This document shows positions 8,826 through 17,047 of a stretch of 64,000 nt of DNA, in pieces (position 1 is the stretch's first letter; each line of letters opens with the position of its first letter). The DNA is from an uncultured Ruminococcus sp. (GTDB taxonomy: Bacteria > Bacillota > Clostridia > Oscillospirales > CAG-272), in contig CAZUUA010000002.1 of NCBI GenBank assembly GCA_964623635.1, positions 17,585 through 81,584 of the forward strand. Direction: 5' to 3'. The position numbers and the translations under genes are program-made. Below the pieces are notes generated by a model that had not been told where the DNA came from, made no database searches, and saw nothing but the letters and a program-made list of their open reading frames with translations.

Positions 8826-9701
8826 TTAGCGAACGGCAAACTTCTTAACGCCCAGAGCGCACAGAGCCATAGCAGCAAACAGAGCAGCTACAGTGTAGTC
8901 GCCGGTAGCAGGAGCGGTAGCCTGTTCAGCAGTTGCAGCAGCGGCGGCTTCGGCGGCAGCAGCTTCGGCAGCAGCAGCTTCAGCGGCAGCCTGTTCAGCA
9001 GCGATCAGCTCAGCCACAGTGGTGTCGGACAGCTCGCACTGACCATATACGGAGGAGTCACCGGAAGCCTTATCGGCAAAGTCAGACCAACCCAGACATA
9101 CGTTACGGTCGCCCTTGCCTTCAGCGTCGTCGTTGTACTGGAAGTCGATACCGATGTAGTTGCCGCCGGAAACAGCGGAGATATCAAATTCCACTTCGTA
9201 GATCAGGGTGTCGCCATTCCGGGAGAAGCCGGCTTCGTTGTCGTGACCGTTGGTAGCACCGTCAGCGAACCATCTCTGCTGGGTTCTGGGAGCGGATGCA
9301 TCTACGGCCTCGTTGTCCATCTGGATGAACAGCTCAACGGAGTCACGCAGCCAGTCGCTGTCGCCAACCATGCTGACAGTCTTGTCTTCTACAACGTACA
9401 GCACATACAGGGTGGAGTCGCCGTCCCACAGAACCTTACAGGTCAGGGTAGCGTAGTCTTCACCGGCAACCTTGCTGGCATCGCCGAACCAGCTGGATGC
9501 GTTTTCTTTCACAACGTCAACGGGGATCTCGGGAGCATATGCCCAAGCGTCGTCGATCTGACCGTCTACGTTGATGTCGGCCACATATGCGGTGCAGGTC
9601 TTTTTGCCGTCTACAGCAGGAGCAGCGGAAATGGCAGTGGCCATAGCTGTTACCGTCATCAGAGCAGCCATGCCCAGAGCAAGGATCTTTGTCTTTTTCA
9701 T
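8826..9701 (-). CDS. Secreted CBM9-like/DOMON-like carbohydrate-binding protein with Ala/Glu linker and C-terminal sorting-like anchor
   Basis: Track ORF 8826..9734. ATG 9701 has AAGGAGAA upstream and gives a signal peptide MKKTKILALGMAALMTVTAMATAISA. VDGQIDDAWAYAP is the CBM9-type opening motif (from memory). The C-terminus reads ...AAEAAAAEAAAAEAAAAATAEQATAPATGD + 17 hydrophobic residues + KKFAVR. Confidence 0.7.
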   Translation of the reverse strand: MKKTKILALGMAALMTVTAMATAISAAPAVDGKKTCTAYVADINVDGQIDDAWAYAPEIPVDVVKENASSWFGDASKVAGEDYATLTCKVLWDGDSTLYVLYVVEDKTVSMVGDSDWLRDSVELFIQMDNEAVDASAPRTQQRWFADGATNGHDNEAGFSRNGDTLIYEVEFDISAVSGGNYIGIDFQYNDDAEGKGDRNVCLGWSDFADKASGDSSVYGQCELSDTTVAELIAAEQAAAEAAAAEAAAAEAAAAATAEQATAPATGDYTVAALFAAMALCALGVKKFAVR

Positions 9702-9867
9702 GGTAATTCTCCTTGTGAAAAAATAAAAAATCATACATGGAGTCGATCCTTATTGTAGCAGATTGCCGCCTTTCGAATGTTAACAAAAAGTATACAGAAA
9801 GTAAAATTTTATGCATCCTGTCGCTTTGGAGAACAGAAAAATCGATTTGGAATTTCGGCACGGCGTC

Positions 9868-9896
9868 TTGTAATTCGGCGTAGGATATGGTATACT
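9868..9896 (+). promoter_or_regulatory. Putative sigma-A promoter of rimM-trmD
   Basis: TTGTAA - 17 nt - TATACT. Confidence 0.45.
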
Positions 9897-9960
9897 ATAT
9901 CCAATGTAGTCATGTGCGATACGTGCAGGATATTTGTAGAAGAAACAGGAGCAAAGCAAT

Positions 9961-10485
9961 ATGCCAAAGGAACAATATTTAGAGTGTGGTAAGATCGTGG
10001 GGACCCATGGTGTACGGGGTATGGTGCGGCTGGAATGCTATGCCGATTCGCCAAGGACCCTGGCCGGACTGCGGCGGCTGTATTATAAGGACAAGACCGG
10101 TGCCTATGTGGAATGGAAGGTCACCCGTGCGTCGGTGCAGAAGACCATGGTGCTGGCGGCGCTGGAAGGCATCGACGATCTGGACAAGGCCATTCCCCTG
10201 AAGGGTACCACCGTGTACGCCGACCGAGCCGATTTTCGCCTGCGCAAGGGAGACGTGTTCATTGCAGACATTTTGGGTCTGCCTGTGCTGGATGCAGAGA
10301 CCGGCGAGACCTACGGTACCTTGGACGAGGTGATCACCTCCGGTGTACAGGATCTGTACGTGGTCAAGGAAGCGGACGGCAAGACCTTCATGATCCCCTG
10401 CGTGCCGGCGTTCATTCGACGGATCGAGACCGAGGGTGACGAAGCCGCCGTATATGTGAAGCTGATCGAGGGGATGCGGGAATGA
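9961..10485 (+). CDS. rimM: 16S rRNA processing protein RimM
   Basis: 174 aa. GKIVGTHGVRGMVRL opening block, and a PRC-barrel C-terminus (FIADILGLPVLD ... DLYVVK ... MIPCVPAFI). Confidence 0.9.
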   Translation: MPKEQYLECGKIVGTHGVRGMVRLECYADSPRTLAGLRRLYYKDKTGAYVEWKVTRASVQKTMVLAALEGIDDLDKAIPLKGTTVYADRADFRLRKGDVFIADILGLPVLDAETGETYGTLDEVITSGVQDLYVVKEADGKTFMIPCVPAFIRRIETEGDEAAVYVKLIEGMRE

Positions 10486-11252
10486 TGCGATTCGATATTA
10501 TGACGCTGTTCCCGGAATTTGTGGACGGCATTTTGTCCGAGAGCATCATCGGCCGTGCCCGTGCCAAAGGAATATTGGACATTCGAACCTGGCAGATTCG
10601 AGACTATTCCAGAGACAAGCACCGGCGTGTGGACGATACACCCTACGGCGGCGGTCGTGGTATGCTCATGGCGGCACCCCCCATCTATCGTTGCTACGAA
10701 GCCGTGCTGGCCGACCAAGGGACACCGGCGGAACGTGTAGCCCCCGACCCGGCGCTGGATCTGGTGCCCGATACCGAGATCGACGAACGACCGGCACCGG
10801 CAAAACCGGATGGCACCTATGTGGTGTATATGTCCCCACGAGGCACGGTGCTGAACGAGAACGTAGCCAAGCGGCTGGCACAGTACGACCGGCTCATCAT
10901 CCTCTGCGGCCATTACGAAGGCGTGGACGAGCGGATCCTGGAAGAGATCGTGGACGAGGAGATCTCCATCGGCGACTATGTGCTGACCGGTGGGGAAGTG
11001 CCGGCCTGCATTTTGACCGACTGCGTGGGACGACTGGTGGACGGTGTGCTTGCCATGCCGGAATGCTACGAAAACGAAAGTTTCTCCGATGATCTGTTGG
11101 AATATCCCCAATATACCAGACCGGTATCCTTCCGTGGAAGAAAGGTTCCGGACGTGCTCCAATCCGGGCACCACGCCAACATCGAAGCCTGGCGTCACGA
11201 AAAGTCTCTGGAGCTGACCAAAGCAAGACGACCGGATCTACTGGAGAAGTGA
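10482..11252 (+). CDS. trmD: tRNA (guanine37-N1)-methyltransferase
   Basis: 256 aa. FDIMTLFPEF, VDDTPYGGGRGML, ILCGHYEGVDERI, ISIGDYVLTGGE, YPQYTRP. Overlaps the rimM stop. Confidence 0.95.
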   Translation: MMRFDIMTLFPEFVDGILSESIIGRARAKGILDIRTWQIRDYSRDKHRRVDDTPYGGGRGMLMAAPPIYRCYEAVLADQGTPAERVAPDPALDLVPDTEIDERPAPAKPDGTYVVYMSPRGTVLNENVAKRLAQYDRLIILCGHYEGVDERILEEIVDEEISIGDYVLTGGEVPACILTDCVGRLVDGVLAMPECYENESFSDDLLEYPQYTRPVSFRGRKVPDVLQSGHHANIEAWRHEKSLELTKARRPDLLEK

Positions 11253-11816
11253 CTACAGCAGCCCCAAATAGGCAAGCAGTCCGTTGGCGATCCCATAGGC
11301 GAACAGTTCCGGCTCCGCTGCCATCCGCTCTGCCTCATAAGGATTGGTGATGAACCCCAGCTCCAATAGCACCGCCGGCATTTGGGTGCGCCGCAGTACA
11401 TACAGCGTAGGCCGTGCCAATACCCCACGATCGGGCAGACCGGTGACCCCCTGCAGTGCGGTGAGAATGTTCTCTGCCAGGTCCGCCGCCGTGGTGTCCA
11501 ACCGAAAGACATACGCCTCCGAACCGGCCGCCGTGGGAGAAGCCGATGCATTGGTGTGCAGACTGATATAATAATCGGCACCCCAACTGTTGGCATCGTT
11601 CACTCTTGCGGCCAAAGACGTGGCGGTGGAGCTGCCCAGCTGGGTATCCGGATAGGGTCGGGACAGCCGCACCGAAAAGCCGTCCCCACGCAAAAGCTCT
11701 GCCAGCCGCTGGCCGATCTCGTAGACGATGTCCTGCTCCCGGTAGCCGTTGCCCTCAGCCCCTGCATTGGGATTGACGGGATTGTGCCCTTGGTCGATGT
11801 AGATCTTTTCCGGCAT
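11253..11816 (-). CDS. N-acetylmuramoyl-L-alanine amidase (Amidase_3 domain only)
   Basis: 187 aa. IYIDQGHNP ... ISLHTNA ... ELGFITN are the Zn-ligand/signature blocks of Amidase_3. No signal peptide is visible. Confidence 0.85.
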   Translation of the reverse strand: MPEKIYIDQGHNPVNPNAGAEGNGYREQDIVYEIGQRLAELLRGDGFSVRLSRPYPDTQLGSSTATSLAARVNDANSWGADYYISLHTNASASPTAAGSEAYVFRLDTTAADLAENILTALQGVTGLPDRGVLARPTLYVLRRTQMPAVLLELGFITNPYEAERMAAEPELFAYGIANGLLAYLGLL

Positions 11817-11913
11817 ACATACCTCCGCTATATAGTTTTGTGTGTGGTTTATTACGAATCATAAAAACCCAAAGAACAGTGCCTGTACAGCATATGCAGG
11901 ACGAGAGAAAAAG

Positions 11914-12642
11914 ATGAAAGAAATGCAAAAGGTCCTCAGCAGACTCCGGCAGGCTGTGGATCACTACGAAATGATACGAGCCGGAGACAAGGTGGCGGTG
12001 GGTCTGTCCGGCGGCAAGGACTCCGTGGCACTGCTGGTCTCTCTGGCGAACCTGGCAAAGTTTTACCCGATCCCCTTTACCGTGTGCGCCGTTTCTGTCA
12101 TGCCCGGCTTTCCGGCGCAGAAAAGGGAAGACTACGACCCCTTCCGCCGACTGTGCGATTCTATGAATGTAGAATACAAACTGGTGGAGACCCAGATCGC
12201 CCAGATCGTGTTCACGGAGCGAAAGGAAAGCGCACCCTGCTCTCTGTGTGCCAAAATGCGCCGGGGAGCCTTGGTGGGAGCCTGTGGTGAGCTGGGAGCC
12301 ACATCGCTGGCGCTGGGACATCACCGGGACGACGTGGTGGAGACCTTCATGATGAATCTGATGCAGACCGGGAAGATCGCCTGCTTCATGCCTGTGACCA
12401 CCTACGAAGACACCGACCTGCGTGTGATCCGACCGCTGATCTACACCGAAGAAAACGACCTGCGTCGCCTGACAGCCGCCATGGAGCTGCCTATCTACAA
12501 GAATCCATGTCCCGTGGACGGTGGGACCGAACGAGCCGCCATGGGGGAATATCTGCGCAGCTACGGGCACGAAAGACGGGATCTGTACCGCCGGATATTG
12601 GGTGCGCTGGAACGAAACGGAAACGACGGCTGGCACCTGTAG
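11914..12642 (+). CDS. TtcA-family PP-loop ATPase (tRNA 2-thiocytidine biosynthesis-like)
   Basis: Track ORF 11842..12642, started here at ATG 11914 (MKEMQK). PP-loop VGLSGGKDS, CSLCAKMRRG, LALGHHRDDVVETFMMN, RPLIY. Confidence 0.8.
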   Translation: MKEMQKVLSRLRQAVDHYEMIRAGDKVAVGLSGGKDSVALLVSLANLAKFYPIPFTVCAVSVMPGFPAQKREDYDPFRRLCDSMNVEYKLVETQIAQIVFTERKESAPCSLCAKMRRGALVGACGELGATSLALGHHRDDVVETFMMNLMQTGKIACFMPVTTYEDTDLRVIRPLIYTEENDLRRLTAAMELPIYKNPCPVDGGTERAAMGEYLRSYGHERRDLYRRILGALERNGNDGWHL

Positions 12643-12668
12643 CCTCACATAAAATAGGAAGAAAAAGA

Positions 12669-12708
12669 TTTCGAAAACTTTCGGGAATGTTTCGAAAACT
12701 TTCGGGAA
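12669..12708. repeat. Two tandem 19-nt direct repeats with 21-bp period (TTTCGAAAACTTTCGGGAA) upstream of the transport locus
   Basis: Exact copies at 12669-12687 and 12690-12708. Each contains the imperfect dyad GAAA-AC-TTTC. Confidence 0.85.
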
Positions 12709-12766
12709 CTTTCCCCGTGTTCCTGTCGTCATAAGGCGCAAAACCAAACGATTGCGAAGTTGTAAC

Positions 12767-13720
12767 ATGAAACAAAAAAAGAACATATCTTCTGCGGAGC
12801 AGGACGCTCCAAGCACCGTCCCAACAAGCCCCAAACGAAAACGCCGCCGGTTCTGGAACCGAGAACGGCAGGAGCGTGTCTTCACCATGCCCTTCATGCT
12901 GCTGAGCATCCTTGGCGTGCTGACCTTCTACATACTCCCGTTTGTGGTGGTGATCTATTATTCTCTTATCAACAACAATACCGAAGCAAGCTTTGCCGGA
13001 CTGCAGAACTTCATCGATCTGTTCCAGAACAACGCCTTCAAGCTGGCGCTGAAAAACACCGGCATCTTTTCCTTGACCGCCGTGCCCTTTGCGGTGCTGC
13101 TGTCCCTGGGACTGGCGGTGCTGCTGGAGCAAAAGCTGCCGGGCAAAAGCGTGTTCCGTACCATATTTCTCTCACCCATGATCGTGCCGGCCGCTTCCAT
13201 CATCCTGATCTGGCAGGTACTGTTCGACTACAACGGCGTGCTCAACGACATCACGGCCCTGTTCGGCATCGCTCCCATCGAATGGATGAAGTCGGAGCAG
13301 GGGTACATCGTGGTGGTGCTGCTGTTTCTGTGGAAGAACATCGGTTACAATATGATCATGTTCATGTCCGCTCTGGCCGCCGTACCCAGAGATATCCAAG
13401 AGGTCGCCATGCTGGACGGCTGTGGACCGGTCAAGCGGTTTTTCCTGATCAAGCTGCGGTACCTGGCATCCACCATTTCCTACGTGACCATCATGTCCCT
13501 GATCAATTCCTTCAAGGTGTTCCGAGAGGTGTACCTGCTCACCGGGGATTATCCGTACGACTCCATGTATATGCTACAGCATTTCATGAACAATACATTC
13601 CGTGGATTTAATTATCAAAAGCTGTCCAGTGCCGCCGTGGTGCTGTCGCTGATCATGGTCGTCATCATAGCGATCCTGCTGTGGGCTGACGACAGGCTTG
13701 GGAGGGATATCGAAGAATGA
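12767..13720 (+). CDS. ABC importer permease, MalF/CUT1-like (BPD_transp_1)
   Basis: Track ORF 12752 (TTG); ATG 12767 is preferred. 6 TM. EAA loop IQEVAMLDGCGPVKRFFLIKL. Confidence 0.85.
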   Translation: MKQKKNISSAEQDAPSTVPTSPKRKRRRFWNRERQERVFTMPFMLLSILGVLTFYILPFVVVIYYSLINNNTEASFAGLQNFIDLFQNNAFKLALKNTGIFSLTAVPFAVLLSLGLAVLLEQKLPGKSVFRTIFLSPMIVPAASIILIWQVLFDYNGVLNDITALFGIAPIEWMKSEQGYIVVVLLFLWKNIGYNMIMFMSALAAVPRDIQEVAMLDGCGPVKRFFLIKLRYLASTISYVTIMSLINSFKVFREVYLLTGDYPYDSMYMLQHFMNNTFRGFNYQKLSSAAVVLSLIMVVIIAILLWADDRLGRDIEE

Positions 13721-14673
13721 CAGACGCAAAACTGAATATCCCCACGCAGGCAATATCGAAGCCGAAAAGGAAAAAGCGGATCACCTTCCGCCGGGTGCTG
13801 TTTCTCATCTGCGCCATGGCGGTGCTGCTGTTGTTCGCCTACCTGTTCCTGTTTCCCACCGTGTTCACCGTGACCAATTCCTTTATGTCCACCACGGAGA
13901 TCAGCGCCAACTACGGCAAGATCTTTTCCGGACTGGGTGCGGCCGGAGACGGTGGTCGAGTGTACATCGGCGAACGGGTGAACCTGCAGCTGATCCCGGA
14001 CAAAGTCAGCTTCAGCCAGTACAGCACGGTGCTACTGAAAAGCCCGGAATACCTGCTGAAATTCTGGAACTCCGTGTTCTACGTGCTGCCCATCGTGATC
14101 TTCCAGCTGGTGGTGGCATCCGGCGTGTCCTATGCCTTTGCCAGAGTGGAGACGAAATTTCGTTCCATCGTATTTTTTGTATATATTATATTGATGCTCA
14201 TGCCCTATCAGGTGACGCTGGTGCCCAACTACATTGTGGACAGCACGCTGGGCATCCTGAACACCCGCTGGGCCATCATCCTACCGGGGATCTTCTCACC
14301 GTTTTCCGTGTTCATCCTGACCAAATATATGCGCCGGATCCCCAAAGCCATGGTGGAAGCGGCACAGCTGGACGGCTGCGGTGAGTGGCAGATCTTCACG
14401 AAAATATTTATGCCCCTGTGCCGAGCGACGCTGTATTCGGTGGCGATTTTGGTGTTCATCGACTACTGGAACATGGTGGAGCAGCCGCTGATCCTCTTGA
14501 ACGATGCGGAGATGTATCCCCTGTCCGTGTTCCTGTCCAAGATCAACCAAGGGGACACCGGCATAGCCCTTGCCATAGCGGTGATCTATATGGTGCCGCC
14601 GGTGCTGCTGTTTTTGTACAGCGAAGACTACCTGATCGACGGGATCTCCTATTCCGCATCGGTCAAAGGATAA
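13717..14673 (+). CDS. ABC importer permease, MalG/CUT1-like (BPD_transp_1)
   Basis: 318 aa. The start overlaps the previous stop (ATGA), with RBS GGGAGGGA. EAA loop MVEAAQLDGCGEWQIFTKIFMP. Confidence 0.85.
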   Translation: MTDAKLNIPTQAISKPKRKKRITFRRVLFLICAMAVLLLFAYLFLFPTVFTVTNSFMSTTEISANYGKIFSGLGAAGDGGRVYIGERVNLQLIPDKVSFSQYSTVLLKSPEYLLKFWNSVFYVLPIVIFQLVVASGVSYAFARVETKFRSIVFFVYIILMLMPYQVTLVPNYIVDSTLGILNTRWAIILPGIFSPFSVFILTKYMRRIPKAMVEAAQLDGCGEWQIFTKIFMPLCRATLYSVAILVFIDYWNMVEQPLILLNDAEMYPLSVFLSKINQGDTGIALAIAVIYMVPPVLLFLYSEDYLIDGISYSASVKG

Positions 14674-14722
14674 AGCATAACAAAACGATAGAATAGCCAA
14701 ATAACGGAGGTCAATACATAGC

Positions 14723-17035
14723 ATGGAAGCCAAGAACCGCAGAGCATGGATCAAGAATGTTGCCATCATTTTTCTCACCGTCCTGCTGCTGCTCACCTTT
14801 TTCTCCAACACGATTCTGAACTATTCACTGCCGGAGGTATCGGCACAATATGCCCGGTACGATTCCATCAGCGGTGCGATCAAGGCAAACGGCACCGTCA
14901 AGGCAAACGAGAGCTATGTGGTGACCTACGACGAAGCCGAAGAAGGCAGCGAGGTGACCACACCCGGTCAGACCCGCAAGGTGGTATCGGTGTACGTGAA
15001 GCAGGGCAGTGAGGTGGCCATCGGCGACCCCATTTTGGCTCTGGAAGGTGGTTCCAGCGAGGAACTGAAAACGGCTGAAGAAAACCTGAAGAACGCCGAA
15101 AAGGAGCTCCGTGAGCTGGAAAAGGAATATGCACTGGCACAGCTGACGGACACCATCAACGATCTGGAGTCCGACAAATCCAAGAGTGAAAACCAAAGCA
15201 AGCTTGCCAAATCCAAGGCAGAGCTGGCAGAACTGCAGGAGCTGTATGCGGCACTGCTGGCCGGTACCGATCCGACCGAAACCTTGAAGGCCCAGAAGAA
15301 GGTAGCCCAAAAGGAAGCCGACAATATCCAGAAGCAGATCGATGCCATCAACGAAAAGATTACGGAAACAAAGAACAAGATCAGCGCAGCGAAAGGGAAT
15401 ATCGAGGAGGACTACACCTCGGGCAAGACCCTGACCGAACGGCAGAATGAAGCCAAGCAGAGGTACGATACATTGAAAGCGGAATACGATACCTTGACGA
15501 CACAAGTGGATACGTTGGAGGAACAGTATGAAAATGCATCCAGTTTGTCGGGCGATGTATCGAAGGCATATGAGATCAGTAAGGAGATTCATACGCTGAC
15601 GGAGACATTGAATGATAAGCAAAAGGAACTGAGCAGACTGCTGGAAGATAATATTATTTCTGAATACAACGAAAAACAATCTGCTTACGATGCTGCTGAA
15701 GCTGCGAAAAGTGCCTATGAGAAGCAGAATGGTTCCTCTGGAGAAGAATGGGCATACTATGACGCACAGGTAAAAGTCGCTCAAAGAGAATTGGAAGAAG
15801 CACAAAAAAAGTATGATGAATTGATTGCGAATGGGAAATATGCATTTTTAGACGACTATAGAACGGAAGAAGACCTGCGCGAAGAAATTGCCAATCTGCA
15901 ATATCAAATTGCTGAAAATTATGCCAAACTGGAGATCCTCGGCATATCCTACATCGATAACCTGACCGACTACACTGTGGATACCAACACCACCAAGCTG
16001 AAGGAAGAACTGGACAAAGCCCAGAAGAAGCTGACCGAACTGACCACCGAATACGAAGAAGCCCAAAAGACCTACGAATCCCTGACCAAACAGGTGAACA
16101 GCACCGGCGTGATCACGGAAAACGAAGCACTACTGACCGTCTTTGAGGCCGATCTGGAAACCTACAAGGAAAAGCTGGAAGAAGCCAACGAAAAGATCGA
16201 CGATCTGGAAAAACAGATCACCGACAGCGCATCCACCAAAAAGCCGGAGGAAGTCAAAGAACAGATCGATACCCTGACCTCCTCCATCCAGACGCTGGAA
16301 CTGCAAATGCAGATCGACGCCGCCACCGAAAAGAAATCCGATGCAGAAGCGGTCTATTCCAGAGAAGACGACGAAAAAGCCATTGCCGATAAAAAAGCCG
16401 ATATCGAAGAACTCAAAACCAAAATCAAAGCCATGCAGGACTCCCCCACCGAAACCATCGTCACCGCTCCCATCGCCGGTAAGATCGTGGAAGTGCATTT
16501 TGTCCCCGGCAATCCGGTCACCAGCGGCAACGAAGTGGCACGGATCGAAGTGGCAGACAAGGGCTACATCTGCGAAATCTCCATGTCCACCGAGGAAGCC
16601 CGGAAGATCCAGGTGGGCGCAGAGTGCTCCGTCACCAATTCCTGGTGGTACTCCGACCTGACCGCCACCGTTTCCCAGATTCGCAGCGATCCCCAGAGCC
16701 AAGGCAAAAACCGCATCGTGGTCATCGAGGTCAAAGGAGACGTGTACGAGGGACAAAGCCTGTCCTTCTCCATCGGTGACAAGAGCCAGTCCTACGACAG
16801 CGTCCTGCCCAACAGCGCCATCCGGGAAGACAGCGAAGGCAAATTCGTGTTGGTGGTGGAATCCAAGAATACACCTCTGTCCGTGCGCTATACCGCCAGA
16901 AGAATGAACATCGAGGTCATTGCCTCCGACGACACCAAGTCCGCTGTGTCCGGTCTGTACGGCAGCGAATTCGTCATCACCAGCGCCACCTCTCCCATCA
17001 GCGACGGTCAGCAGGTGCGACTGGCAGAGAATTGA
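14723..17035 (+). CDS. HlyD-family membrane-fusion/periplasmic adaptor protein with a ~470-aa coiled-coil insert
   Basis: 770 aa. N-terminal TM (VAIIFLTVLLLLTFF). Lipoyl half-motifs TRKVVSVYVKQGSEVAIGDPILALEGG and IVTAPIAGKIVEVHFVPGNPVTSGNEVARIE, then a beta-barrel C-terminus. The region between the half-motifs is E/K/L/A/Q-rich and heptad-like. Confidence 0.75.
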   Translation: MEAKNRRAWIKNVAIIFLTVLLLLTFFSNTILNYSLPEVSAQYARYDSISGAIKANGTVKANESYVVTYDEAEEGSEVTTPGQTRKVVSVYVKQGSEVAIGDPILALEGGSSEELKTAEENLKNAEKELRELEKEYALAQLTDTINDLESDKSKSENQSKLAKSKAELAELQELYAALLAGTDPTETLKAQKKVAQKEADNIQKQIDAINEKITETKNKISAAKGNIEEDYTSGKTLTERQNEAKQRYDTLKAEYDTLTTQVDTLEEQYENASSLSGDVSKAYEISKEIHTLTETLNDKQKELSRLLEDNIISEYNEKQSAYDAAEAAKSAYEKQNGSSGEEWAYYDAQVKVAQRELEEAQKKYDELIANGKYAFLDDYRTEEDLREEIANLQYQIAENYAKLEILGISYIDNLTDYTVDTNTTKLKEELDKAQKKLTELTTEYEEAQKTYESLTKQVNSTGVITENEALLTVFEADLETYKEKLEEANEKIDDLEKQITDSASTKKPEEVKEQIDTLTSSIQTLELQMQIDAATEKKSDAEAVYSREDDEKAIADKKADIEELKTKIKAMQDSPTETIVTAPIAGKIVEVHFVPGNPVTSGNEVARIEVADKGYICEISMSTEEARKIQVGAECSVTNSWWYSDLTATVSQIRSDPQSQGKNRIVVIEVKGDVYEGQSLSFSIGDKSQSYDSVLPNSAIREDSEGKFVLVVESKNTPLSVRYTARRMNIEVIASDDTKSAVSGLYGSEFVITSATSPISDGQQVRLAEN

Positions 17036-17047
17036 GGTTGACCGATC

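Noticed and set aside
8808-9758. 316-aa plus-strand ORF rich in Ser/Gly
   Set aside because: It is the antisense shadow of the CBM9-like gene. The Ser/Gly run is the complement of the Ala/Glu stalk codons.
12688-12702. Catabolite-responsive element (cre) within the 21-bp repeats
   Set aside because: TGTTTCGAAAACTT deviates from the cre consensus TGWAANCGNTNWCA at several fixed positions.
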